Source: Ptychomitrium polyphyllum
Lineage: Eukaryota
NCBI GenBank assembly: GCA_973851085.1
Contig: OZ316775.1
Span: 12,772,001-12,836,000 of the forward strand
Length of the DNA: 64,000 nt
Reading direction: 5' to 3'
In this document: positions 26,523-38,216 of the stretch, in pieces
How the letters are laid out: each line of letters opens with the position of its first letter
Position numbering within the stretch: the first letter of the stretch is position 1
The notes under the pieces: model-generated
The model's database searches: none
The model's input: the letters and a program-made list of their open reading frames with translations, nothing else
Told to the model about the DNA's origin: nothing
Translations under genes and position numbers: made by a program

Positions 26523-26960
26523 ATGGATATGCGTGAAGAGCAGTCGGCCGTGCCTTCATCAACAACAGCATCTGTTGAGCCAACTCAACTTTCTCAGCCC
26601 TCGGTAACGAAGGATCTAAGCCAAGATATGAAAGGGATATTCTAACATCGAGTACGACCTCGTGCAGAAGTATTGACTAGTTGCCCTTCATATTCCAGTT
26701 TTGATTCTGATGCTTGTGCTCTAGTCATCTTGTTAGAAATTGGAAGAGTCACTCTTGGAGGACCCGAAATCTTGTTTGGAGGATGTTTTGAAGGACTTAA
26801 TCAAGATCAGATCTTGGAATGGGACATTTCAACAACAGAAGTCTTGGCTGGTGGCCATCGGCGCTACTTGCAAGGACCAGTTGAACCAGTGAACAAAGAA
26901 CAACGAGCAGAGTATGTTGCTTCATTCCTTCGACAAATTTTGGAATTTGTGGAAATGTGA
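26523..26960 (+). pseudogene. Extra ORF (ORF3) of family A, between pol and the PPT; 145-aa consensus
   Basis: One frame from ATG 26523 to TGA 26960 with a single TAA at 26643 that is CAA in copies A2 and A3; no indels in the three copies. Confidence 0.75.
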
Positions 26961-28899
26961 TGAGCAAGCCAAGAAAAGAGCTCCTCATGGGACTCGTTGC
27001 TAAATGGGGAGGTGATGTCACGGACATAGATCATACAACATAGTCCTTAGAACATTCTAGAACCTTCTAGTATACCATAATAGCTTTTTAGAATACTTTT
27101 AGATGTCTGCATAGTCTTTTCCATGTTCTTAGGAAGCTTCCTAGGAAAGTCCCTCTACCTTAGGAAACTTCCTTGGAAGATTCTATCTTCTTAGGTAACT
27201 TCCTAGGAAATTTCCTACAAAAGTTCCATCACCTTAAAAAACTTCCTAGGAAGGTTCCAACTCCTTGGAAACTTCTTAGGAAGGTTCCAACATCTTAGGA
27301 AACTTTTTGGGAAGGTTCCTTAGACTTCCAGAATATTCTTAAGCCTTGTAGGAAGCTTCTTTAGAAGTATCCTAGGAGATACAAGCGTCATAGTATAAAT
27401 AGGAGGCAAAACAAGGTATTCCTTAGTCTTGCCAACACAAGTTTTGGATCATCTTGAATCTAGCCTTGTTCTAGTCTTTGTATTAAGTTCTTGTTAATCA
27501 TTAGCTCTTTGGAAGTTAATTATTGGGAAACACTTTGTTTCTGCTTCTTGTTTCTTGTGTCCCTAACATTTTTGGCTTTAAAATTTAAATAACTAACAGT
27601 TTTGAAGTAGTATGAATGTATACAAAAAAAAATTCTATAATTGAAATTAATATTCATTGTAAAATTAACACATCTAGAACAAAGTTGACTTATTAAACTT
27701 GGAAGGTTATGCAAAATACATTTTGTTACCATCTTTCCTTTATCATACTTTTGTAGAAGCAAATCTTTTAATTTATTTAAACTTGCAGCACTAAGAATTC
27801 AAATAATGAGCATGTTGGAAGGTAGTATAAATGCGCACATAAAAGTAGAAGAATTTATCAACTTCTAATTCTTGGATTTCTTTAAAAGGTCAATCAACTA
27901 ACTATAGGAGATGTGGCAAAACATAGTCTTCTTTTCTTTGTTCTTTGCATTAGCAAAAAAAATAATCTCCAATTTGCTTGTAATTTAAAGTCTTAGTGCT
28001 AAGAGTTTTTATAATAAGCAAATTAGAGGTGACTAGGAACATGAATTGAATAAAACTCAATAGTCGTATAGTGAATCTACTTTGAGTTCTATACTTCCAA
28101 CAAAAAGTTGACCAACTTATTCTAGAAGATTGGTTAAATATAAACTACTATTCTTCAATTGCCATATTTAGCACAAAGTGGCAAGGACAATTTGCTTGAT
28201 AAAATAGACTTTCAATGCTAAGTTTTTGTTTCTTTTATGATTACTACAATTAAATATAAAATTGGCCACAGTATCTACAAGGTTTTCCATTGTTACTAAT
28301 GCATTTAATACTTGCATAAAAAAGCCTTTGCAATAACAATATTTACCTCAAAACCTAGTATATTCAAATAAAGCAAAATCCAACAATATTAAGAAGAATT
28401 TCACTACATTGTGATGTAACAAAATTCCAACTTCTACATTTGTTACTTGAAGCACCATATCTAAATTAAAAACACAACAAACTTTTAAAATTGTTATTTT
28501 TTTTTACATAATTATTAATAAACTTCAAACTACAAGATTTCTTTTACACTTGTCTCTCAAAATAGAAGAAAATTGCTCAAATTTTGCTAAAGCATTGGCT
28601 TTTATATTACTTTGAAGAGTAAAGCCTACAAAAAGCTGCAAACAAAATGTTGATTAGCATAAAAATATTAATGCTAAGAAGAGATCAAATTTATTATTTA
28701 TTCGAATTTAAAAAAGAAGAAATATTAGCAATGGACATTCATAAGTGGTCATCAAAGTTACATTGCCAAGATGGTTGAAGGTACAATTACTCAACTTCAT
28801 TTGCTTTACTTGACTAATAATTGACTTTAGCATTTCTTCATTGTTATAAATTATTATTATTGATGGTGTAATATTTTTCTATGCAAGAATTGCCATTCA

Positions 28900-29615
28900 A
28901 GGATGCAATATGGCATTGTAGATTGACATATTGCCTCCAAAGCCACAACATGGCATTTAACATACTTACAAGTTTCATTAATGCCCTTGCAATGCAATGA
29001 AAGAGAGGTAAAATTGGCCTTCATAATAAAATAGGAGCAAGTACCAAATATAAAAAATAAATACAAAATCATATCTCTTTAATCACCATTAATTTTGGAA
29101 GAATGTTCTTTCTTTTTGCATGCATAATATCCACTTTATCTATACTTTGGCTTGATTTCTTGCTTAAAGGATCCAATGAATATAATAAATTGGAATTTAA
29201 TATGATTACTTGGTTTTACACATTACATTGCTTTAAAATGCAAAGAATCATTATATTGCAATCTCCTTCATACATGTTATCACATTCCAAAAGTCTAAAC
29301 TTGTTATCCTCAAATTTTCTAATCTTCTTTATATGTGGGCTTTATTTAAGGGCCTTTCATTATTTTTTTCATGAGCACTTTGGTTTGAGCTACCACCACC
29401 ATTTCAACACTATATTCACTATAATGGAACAAAATAATAATTTTGGAACTATTTAGCAACTTTTAAATTAATGATTAGGCTAAATGCAATGGATTCTAAA
29501 ATATTTACTAAAATTATTAGTGCTATATTTAACAAAAGAAAGAATGGTTAATAATAACTTGAAAATAACTTGCCAAAATCATCCAACATCTATGTAAAAA
29601 ACATCCATAAATGTC
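28900..29615 (-). mobile_element. Possible highly decayed Mutator-like (MULE) transposase relic
   Basis: On the minus strand, in order: GCFLH (CxxH-like, ~29600), a decayed TNxxxExxxxxLK-like stretch (~29370) and a Cys/His SWIM-like stretch (~28950-29045). Many stops; tentative. Confidence 0.25.
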
Positions 29616-30537
29616 ATTGTTACGTAGTATACAATTCTTTAAGACTTTGAAAGATACAATTGCGGCAACTTCAATATATAATCAAATTATAGCAACAAGT
29701 ATTTGCATCTTGTTGAAGTCAACAAGTACCAAGTAATCAAAGACTTGGTAGTTCCCTACAAGAGAATCATTATCAAGGAATAATAGTTTATACCAGTATT
29801 ACGATTGATAAATATTGGGTAATCAAAGACTTGACAATTCTTTACTGGAGAATCCTTATAAAAACAAAACAGTCTATTCAAATTTATAGTTGATACTACC
29901 AAATGGAAGAAACATAGTAGTTTTGAGAATCAAACTATAAAATTACTATAGAACTTGCTAGAATGGAGGAACATACATAAAAAACATTTACTCTAAAATG
30001 AAATTGATGAACGATATGAGTATAAAGTGTATAATTTGTTTCATAGAAAAAAAAAATACGACACACCCTCAACTCTCTTAATTGAAGGTTTAAATACAAG
30101 ATTCAAGATCTTATAATATTGGATCCACAATTGTTTGTTTGAACTCACAGACTACTACTAGCATTCGATAATTATTGTTGGAAGATGTTTGGTAGTATCA
30201 ATAGAGGAAGATTAGTAGAAGAAGTTTGGTAGTACTGGATATAACACCCGGTAGGCCGGTAATATTATTCCCCTTTTAGACTAAGTTTATTTCTGGAAAT
30301 TACAAAACTAAACTATTCAGACATCTCTTGAATTTGAAATTGGCAAAGGGCTTGATGCGCAGAAGGAAGAGCAAACTAAGGGAAGGTAGGGATGATAGTA
30401 GGGTTGAAAGGAAGAAGAAGTTGGCGTTGTATAGAGGGTATACAAAGATTGGTACTAATAGGAGGAAAAAAATTGGATATGGTAAGATTGGTGTTGATTA
30501 ATAAGAGACAAGAAGTAGTAGGTAAAGGAGAAATGCT

Positions 30538-33500
30538 TGTTAGGAACAAAAGAAACAAGAAGCAGAAACAAAGTGTTTCCCAGGAATTAGCTTCTAAAGA
30601 GCTAATGATTAACAAGAAACTTGATACAAAAACTAGAACAAGGCAGGATTCAAAATGATCCACAACTTGTATTGGTAAGACTAAAGAATACCTTGTCTTG
30701 CCTTCTATTTATACTATGACGTTTGTATCTCCTGGGATACTTCTAAAGAAGCTTCTTTTAAGGCTTAAGAATGTTCTAGAAGTCTAGGGAACCTTTCCAA
30801 GAATTTTCTTAAGATGTTGGAACCTCTCTAAGAAGCTTCCAAGGAATTGGAACCTTCCTTGGAAGTTCCCTAAAATAGCGGAATTTCTTTAGGAAGTTTT
30901 CTAAAGAAGTAGAACCTTCCTAGGAAGTTTCCTGAGGTGGTACAATTTTCTTAGGAAGTTTCATAAGATGATGGAATCTTCTTAGGAAGTTTCTTATCGA
31001 GGTAGAACCTTCATGAGAACTTTCTTGAGGTAGTAGAAGTTTCTTAGGAAGTTTCAAAAAATGATGGAATTTTCATAGAGTTTCCTAAGAAGTCACTTAA
31101 AATGAAGAATCTTCCTAGGAAGTTTCCTAAAGTACAAGAATTTTCCCAGAAAGCTTCCTAAAAACATAGAAAAGCTATGGAAACATTTGAAAGTATTCTA
31201 AGAAGCTATTATAGTATATTAGAAGGTTCAAAAATGTTTTAAAGACTATGTTGCATGATCTATGTCCGTGACATCACCTCCTCATTTAGCGACCAATTCC
31301 ATGAGGAGCTCTTTTCTTGGCTTGCTTGTTACATTTCTATAAATTCCAAAATTCGTCAAACGAGTGCAGCAACATATTTTGCTCCTTTTTTTTTGTCCAC
31401 TAATTCAACTGGTTCTTGCAAGAAACGCCAATGACCACCAGGCAGGATTTCTGCTGTTGAAATGTTTCATCCCAAGATTTGATCTTGTTTAGGTCCTTCA
31501 AAACATCCTCTAAATAGGATCACGAGTCCTCTAGGAGTAACTCTTCCAATTTCTAACAAGATAACTAGAGCGCAAGCATCTGAATTAAGACTGGAATGTA
31601 AAAGGCAACTAGCCAATACTTTTGCACAAGGTCATACTCGACATTGAAATGTCCCTCTCATATCTTGGCTTAGATCCTCCGTTACCAATGGCTGTGAAAG
31701 TTGAGTTGGCTCAACAGATGCTGTTGTTGATGAAGGCATGGCTGACTGCTCTTCACGCATATCCATGATAACACAAAGATTTCACATCCTAGTTAGGATC
31801 TAGAAACGATCTATTTTGGAAATAATATTGCATACAATTGGAGGTTTGGATATCTCTCCTCCCTTCTTATACTTGTCTGTAAAGGAGAAACTTCTATGTA
31901 AAGCTAATGGCTACTAATGACACATCATCATTGACCTGATTTCTGATGGCGATCTGCATAAGTTTTGTAACGATCTTGAGCTTGTTGTAACTGGGAGGTA
32001 ATTTCTTGCTGGATTTTAGCAAGTTGAATTGTAAAATCCTCTGCCGCAGGACTTCCAACATGCTTCACTTGAAATGGATCTATTCGAGCATGATGCCCAT
32101 AGTTTGCAAACAATGGACTTTGAGTTGTTGAAGAATGCACCGTATTGTGTAAGCAAATTCTGCCAAAGGTAAGAGATCCATCCAATTGTCTTGCTGGTAG
32201 TTTATGCTACAACAAAGGTACTGTTCCAAAATTTAATTTACACGTTCGGTTTGGCCATTTGTTTGCAGATGGTGTGCTGAAGAAAGGTTGATCTTTACAC
32301 GCAACAGCTGGAATAGAGCCCTCCAAAAGTTGGAAATGAACTGCGGCCCTTGATCAGATACAATATCATCTGGTAGTCCATGTATGCTGTAGATGTAATT
32401 TAGGAACAACTTGGCAGTTTCTTCAACCATTACCGTCTTGTTGCATAGAATGAAATGTGCCATTCTGGTAAATCAATCCACCACTACCAAAATAGAATCC
32501 TTAGAATCGGAATTTGGAAGGTCCGTGATAAAATCCATTGACAAAGACAACCATGGACCTTTCAACACTGGAAGCGGATGGAAGAGACCATGAGGTTGGT
32601 GTCTTGGTACCTTGGCTCTTGCACAAGTGTCGCATGATCGAACAAAGTCCTTCACATACTTCCACATTTGTGGCCACCAATAGTCTTTAGCAATCAACTC
32701 CATTTTTTTATTGAATCCAAAATGCCCTGCTGCTAGAAAATCATGACGTGCTTGAAGGATCTTCAACCGCAAAGGGTCTGGAGGTAGGTACAAAAGTCCT
32801 TTATAATAAAGTAGGCCCTCTTGGAATTCAAAATACTCATCGCTATTTAAAGGATTTCCATTGTCTTTGAGGCGCTTTTTTATATTTGAACAAAGACATC
32901 ATTCTTTAAAGCCTTCCGAATTTCGTCAAAATGAAATGTTGTTGTAATAATGGCTGCTTTCAATTGAAGATTCTCAGGCTTCAATAAAATAGTCCTTTTT
33001 TTGATTCAAAACATCATCTCCAGGTTGAGGAGCTAAATAAGATCTTCAAGATAAGGCATCTGGCTTACCTTGCAAGCTACCAGATTGATGAATAATAACA
33101 AAGTCAAATCTAGAAAGTGACATACTCCACCTTGCTTGACGGCGATTCAAAACGCACGCACTTATGAAATATTCCAAATTCTTGTGGTCAGTGTATATCG
33201 TGACGGTATGTTGAGCTCCTTCCAATAAGTGTTGCCATTTTTCAAACGCATCCACAATTGCAAGTAGTTCTTTATCATGGATATCATAGTTGATTTCTGC
33301 CGCTGAGAACTTCCTTGAACGAAAGGCAATAGTATGGAGTCTCCCGTCTTCATTATATTGTGAGAACACTGAGCCAAGCGCAAAATCTGAGGCATCTACT
33401 TCCAAATAAAAAGGCTTTGATGGATTTGGATGAATAAGAATTGGAGCTGACGTGAATGACTTCTTAAAACCTTGAAATGATTTTTCTACCTCTTCATTTC

Positions 33501-36500
33501 AAGTGAATTTTTGCTACCCCGTAAGACGTGTTAATGATGCTGCAATCTTAGAATAATTCTTGATGAATATTCTGTAGAAGTTTGCAAATTCTAAGAAGCA
33601 TTAAACTTCTTAAATTGATCTTGGCGTACTCCACTCCATGACAATGTTTGTTTTCTTCTTATCCATATGGATTCTTCCTTTGGAAATGATGTAGCCTAAA
33701 AATTTAACCGAGGATTCATGGAAAAGGCACTTCTCCAATTTGGCATATAATCCTCGATGGCGTAGTTTTTCTAAGACCACTTGCACATGACATTCGTGGT
33801 CTTGTTCATCCTTTGAATATATCAAAATGTCATCTAAGTAGATGACTATAAAATCATTCAGATGTTCATGGAAGATATCATTCATCATATGTTGAAAGAC
33901 TGCGAGAACATTAGTAAGGCCAAAAGGCATGACATTATATTCAAAATGACCATACCTAGATTGAAAAATTGTCTTCCATTCGTCTCTTTCTTTGATGCAT
34001 ACAAGATTGTAGGCTCTTCTAAGATCAATTTTGGTGAATATCTTTGCTTGTCCAAGTTGTTGTAGGAGTCCTGAGATTAATGGTAATGAATAGCAATTCT
34101 TTTTTGTTATTTTATTGAGGCCTCGATAGTCCACGCACATACGTAATGATCCATCTTTCTTCTTTACAAATAAAATGGGTACTCCAGCAGGTGATTTAGA
34201 GTGTTGAATGAAACCCTTTCCAAGGTTTTCATCAACATATTCTCTCAAGGCAGCCAACTCAGTTTGTGATAAGTTATAAATAGGTCTAAAAGGTGATTGG
34301 ACTCCTTCTTGCAACTCAATGGTACAATCGTAAGGCCGGTGCTTTAGTAACATGTCCGCATTCTTCTTTTCAAAAACGTCTTTATAATCTTGATATTGAC
34401 GAGGTATGTTTTGATTAGTCTCTATTGTAGAGCTAGACATTGGCGTGGCATAGATGGCATAGATTGGTTCATCCTTTGCCGCTCTCATAAATGCCTTAGT
34501 TCCAATAAATGATGGTTCAATATTTCTTGTATCTTAGCGTCTTTTCCTTGAAACCACACTCCGTGAGCGCCAGTCAATGTCTGGATTATGTAATTCAAAC
34601 CAAGGAAGGCCCAAAACAATAGGATTTGTTTGGCATTGAATGATGTTGAAGACAATCTTAGATGCCTGGTCTCCTAAAATAACCTCCAAGGGTTGAATTT
34701 CTTCAATAACGTTGCCAGATGCAAGAGATTGTCCATCAATAACTTCAACAGGTGCGGAATATTTTTTGTTCACAAGCACCATGTGATGTTTGGTTGCAAA
34801 ATCCTTGTCCATAAAACATGCCATTGCACCAGTGTCTAAGAGAGCCTTACTAATTATTTCATCATCTAACAACTTAATTTTGGTAGGAAATGTAAAACAA
34901 GAGGTAGGATTTGAAGGTAGTAAGAGACGTTGATTTGATGGTGGTTTCCTTGTGGTATTCAGTCGCATGGTTCCTAATCAAACTAAATAGCCTCGTTTTC
35001 CAACTCCACCATTGTGCTTTGAGTCTTAAAGGCAGATCCTTTGATTTGGCAATCGTGCACTTTATGTCCAGACTTGCCACAATAGACGCCTTTCTTTTTC
35101 TTCTAGAGTCAAACATCTGAACTGGGCAGCATCAATTTGCATAGGTTCTGGTCCTTGTGGTCGATTTTCCAATATTCTTGAAGAAGTGGTGGCCATGCTT
35201 TGATGTACTGGTTGCCATCCCAAGCGTTGTTCTTGGCGCCTCTCAAATAGTCTATTGTCACATGCTATTGCTTGAGTGATGAATTCGTCCAATGTTTCAA
35301 CTCTTGGCATTGTAAGTAGTAAGTTTCTTTCATTCTTTTTTAAATCCATCGGAATCGTGTGACCGAGGTCTTATCAATTTAAAATGAGGTTGCAAGCTAG
35401 TTATTGAAACTCTGCATCATATATTGCTGCTGATTGTTGTCCTTGTTTTAGACTCTAGATCTTTGTCTCAGCCACCCTCTTTCTGTCGGTGTCTCCAGAA
35501 GTAGATGTCAATGCTTCTATGAAGGCATTTAAGTTGTTCAATAATAGTGACTGTTTCTCCATTAGTGGTGCAAACCACAGTAGGGCATTGTTTGATAAAA
35601 GCGTCGCAACAAATCCAACTTGAGTTGTGCCATCAGGATAGCAAGATTGGTGCAAACTAGAATGAACCTTATTTATTGAACAAAGCCTCTTAATTTTGAT
35701 CTTGATCCATCAAACTTGTCTGGCATGCTAATCTTTGGGTATGCATGGGTTTGACGTAAGCCTTCTCTTCAAATATTGGCCTCATACAATCAAACAACCT
35801 TTTGATTTAGGCCTTGAATATCACCATTGGATTCTTCAACTTGCGGAATGTATTGCTCAAAATTATTGGTGGTGTTGAAGTGGGCGAGTATCGTTGGAAC
35901 TGTGTTTAATAATTCTTGAAAGTCTGCAATAGTTGCAAACATATAATTCAATGTCCCAGATACGTTATTCATTTCTTAAGACTGTCAAAGACAAGAAGAA
36001 TATGAGTACTTTAAGAGGAGGGTAATCTACGTCCTTTGAAAGAAGTAATACTTGGTTCTAGAAGGAGAAACCAATTCTATGGTGCTAACTTAGAAGAAGG
36101 TAATCCGCCACCTCCAAGGCGCTATGGAATCCTAAAGAAGATGAATAATCCACAATCTTCTTCAAAGAATCTTAGCTCTAATATAGATGAAGAGTAATCT
36201 TGCCAAGCTATTAGCGATACAAGAAACAAGAAGCAAAAACAAAGTGTTTCCCAAGAATTAGCTTCCAAAGAACTAATGATTAACAAGAATTTGATACAAG
36301 GACTAGAATAAGGCATAATTCAAGATGATTCACAACTTATATTGATAAGACCAAGGAATACCTTGTCTTGCCTCCTATTTATACTATGATATTTGTATCT
36401 TCTAGGATACTTCTAAAGAAGCTTCATACAAGGCTTAAGAATATTCTAGAAGTCTAAGGAACCCTCCTAAGAAGTTTCCTTAGATGCTGGAACCTTCCTT

Positions 36501-36823
36501 GGGAGTTTCTTAAGGTACCGGAACCTTCTTAGGAAGTTTCTTAAAGAACTAGAACCTTTCTAGGAAGTTTCTTGAAGTGGTAGAACTTTCTTAAGAAGCT
36601 TCTTAAGATGATGGAACCTTTCTAAGAAGTTTCCTAAGAAGTTACATGAGATGATGAAATCTTCCTACGAAGTGTCATAAGGTGGAGGAATTTCCCTAGG
36701 AAGCTTCTTAAGAACCTGGAAAGGCTATGGAGACATTTAATAGTATTCTAAGAAGCTATTATAGTATACTAGAAGGTTTTAGAATGTTCTAAAGACTTTG
36801 TTGCATGATCTATGTCCATGACA
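30538..36823 (-). mobile_element. Ty3/gypsy chromovirus A2, inverted relative to A1, lacking the integrase C-terminus and chromodomain
   Basis: LTRs at 30538-31273 and 36209-36823; TSD ATGCT/ACGCT; gag-pol ORFs mirror A1; 438-bp deletion at 31945. Confidence 0.93.
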
Positions 36824-37054
36824 ACGCTTGGAACATTGGACAAAGGCTGATTAGCATCTATGGTCAGACCATCAAAATACTTGTCATCCGAGTCATGGAT
36901 GCTAGGAGAGGTGAGAAAGTCCATTACTGAATGATCATCTTTACAACTCAAGAAGCTTTGTTGGTAATGGTAAACAATAGGCTCATGGTTGTTGATGGTA
37001 GTATACGTGTTATGAGGTGTTGGCGGTTCTTTGTGAATTGTTTGCGTGCTTTCT

Positions 37055-38216
37055 TGTTGCGCACCTCTCCTTGAAGAATGTTTGCAACATTAAAGGCACA
37101 AGAAGATCTCAGAGTGACATCTGGGACTTGTGGCGCTGATAGTGAGGTGACCCGAGTGGACTTAATGTGGAAAGGATCCCGAGGGGGAAAAGCATCCTTG
37201 TCCATGTAAACTAAAGGTCACAAGGGAGAAATTTTTGGCATTGAAAGAGTCACAACAAGTTGATTCTAGAATGCTAAAGATCGCTTAAATTGGACAAGAG
37301 AGCTAAAAAATATGGCATTCCAAAGTTGGAGCTACCAAGGGCTATTTTGGACTATAGTAGTCCTAGGCTGTGATTGTGTTGGACTGGGACAGTGTAGGGA
37401 GGAACTCCCTGGAAGTCTTGAGCGTTGAGAGAGGCGTATCTTCCAGAATATTAAGTTAAATTGGATGTTTGAGGAGTTTATCGACATTCACAAGAAGAGT
37501 AAATAACAATAGAGTGGTCGCTGGATAGATATGGAGACCAAATGTTGAATATATGGCTTTTTGAAGGTCCGCAAGAAGTTTCGGGGGCTTCCAACAATTA
37601 ATTACCAAAGGAGATCAGGTGGTTTTTCAAGTTTTTGGATGTGTCGGGATTCAGCTAGCTACAGAGGGCCAAGGAGCTTGCTAAATCCCACATAGAGTAG
37701 TATAGGGGAAGATTGGTCTTCCTCTTCACTCCCATAGTGTCCCGATAGGAATCAAGGATAAATTACCGTGGATAGAGCTAATGTTGGAGCTTTACCACGG
37801 GGATTCCCACACTATTGTGAGCCGGTGGGTGAACTATTTCATGAAAGGAAGTAGAAAGATCCAAAAGATATGCTTGTCATTACTAAATTGAAGTAGTGTC
37901 TTCACGCCAGCACCATGGTAGCCCGGGATGATCCTAAGATCACATGGAGATCATGAGTGGTGGTGAGGAGACACCATTAAGTGCGGTTAGGCCGTGTGAT
38001 ATAGGAGTAATATCAAGTGAGGCCTTGGACATGAATGGAATCCGCACCTAACCATTGGCTACCAATCATTTGGAAGTCCTAAGAGAAATGGTAGAAAGAA
38101 TTGGAAACCAAGCCTGGAACTTGGAGAGTGAAAATGGGGGTTAATCATGTGCATGTAGAAGTATACAGGGTTGACATGCGTAACATTTATTAAGGTGCAT
38201 TACAAAGGTTGTAACA
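37055..38216. mobile_element. Solo LTR, family C
   Basis: TGTTGCGCACC...GGTTGTAACA; flanks TTTCT/TTTCC; colinear homologue of 42277-43431. Confidence 0.75.

Larger units (their letters stand above)
21438..27568 (+). mobile_element. Ty3/gypsy chromovirus A1 (Tcn1-like), full length, decayed
   Basis: TG..CA LTRs at 21438-21641 (internally deleted) and 27016-27568; TSD TTTTT on both sides; PPT ggggaggtga; gag 21878-~22870, protease (LLDTGA), RT (YLDD), RNase H, integrase, chromodomain (EFEVEEILDSR..YLIHW) to 26361; several stops and frameshifts. Confidence 0.95.
21193..28230. repeat. Degenerate ~200-220-bp tandem array (about 5 units), split by insertion of element A1
   Basis: Recurring motif order aa(t/c)tt(a/g)(t/c)tt...ctaag...aaataa...gaggtagtataaatg...gcaaaacata, with unit starts near 21193, 21414 (resuming at 27574), 27770, 27971 and 28190. 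Confidence 0.45.

Noticed and set aside
27130..27330. Regularly spaced palindromic repeats resembling a CRISPR array
   Set aside because: Eukaryotic LTR U3 tandem repeats; no unique spacers and no cas genes.
30376..30663. ORFs of 88-95 aa with hydrophobic stretches suggesting an env-like protein
   Set aside because: They span the A2 LTR end and flanking DNA, so they are chimeric artefacts.
31945..35319. Assembly duplication as the explanation for the near-identical inverted copy
   Set aside because: Disfavoured but not excluded: several transition differences and a distinct microhomology deletion junction argue for a real event.
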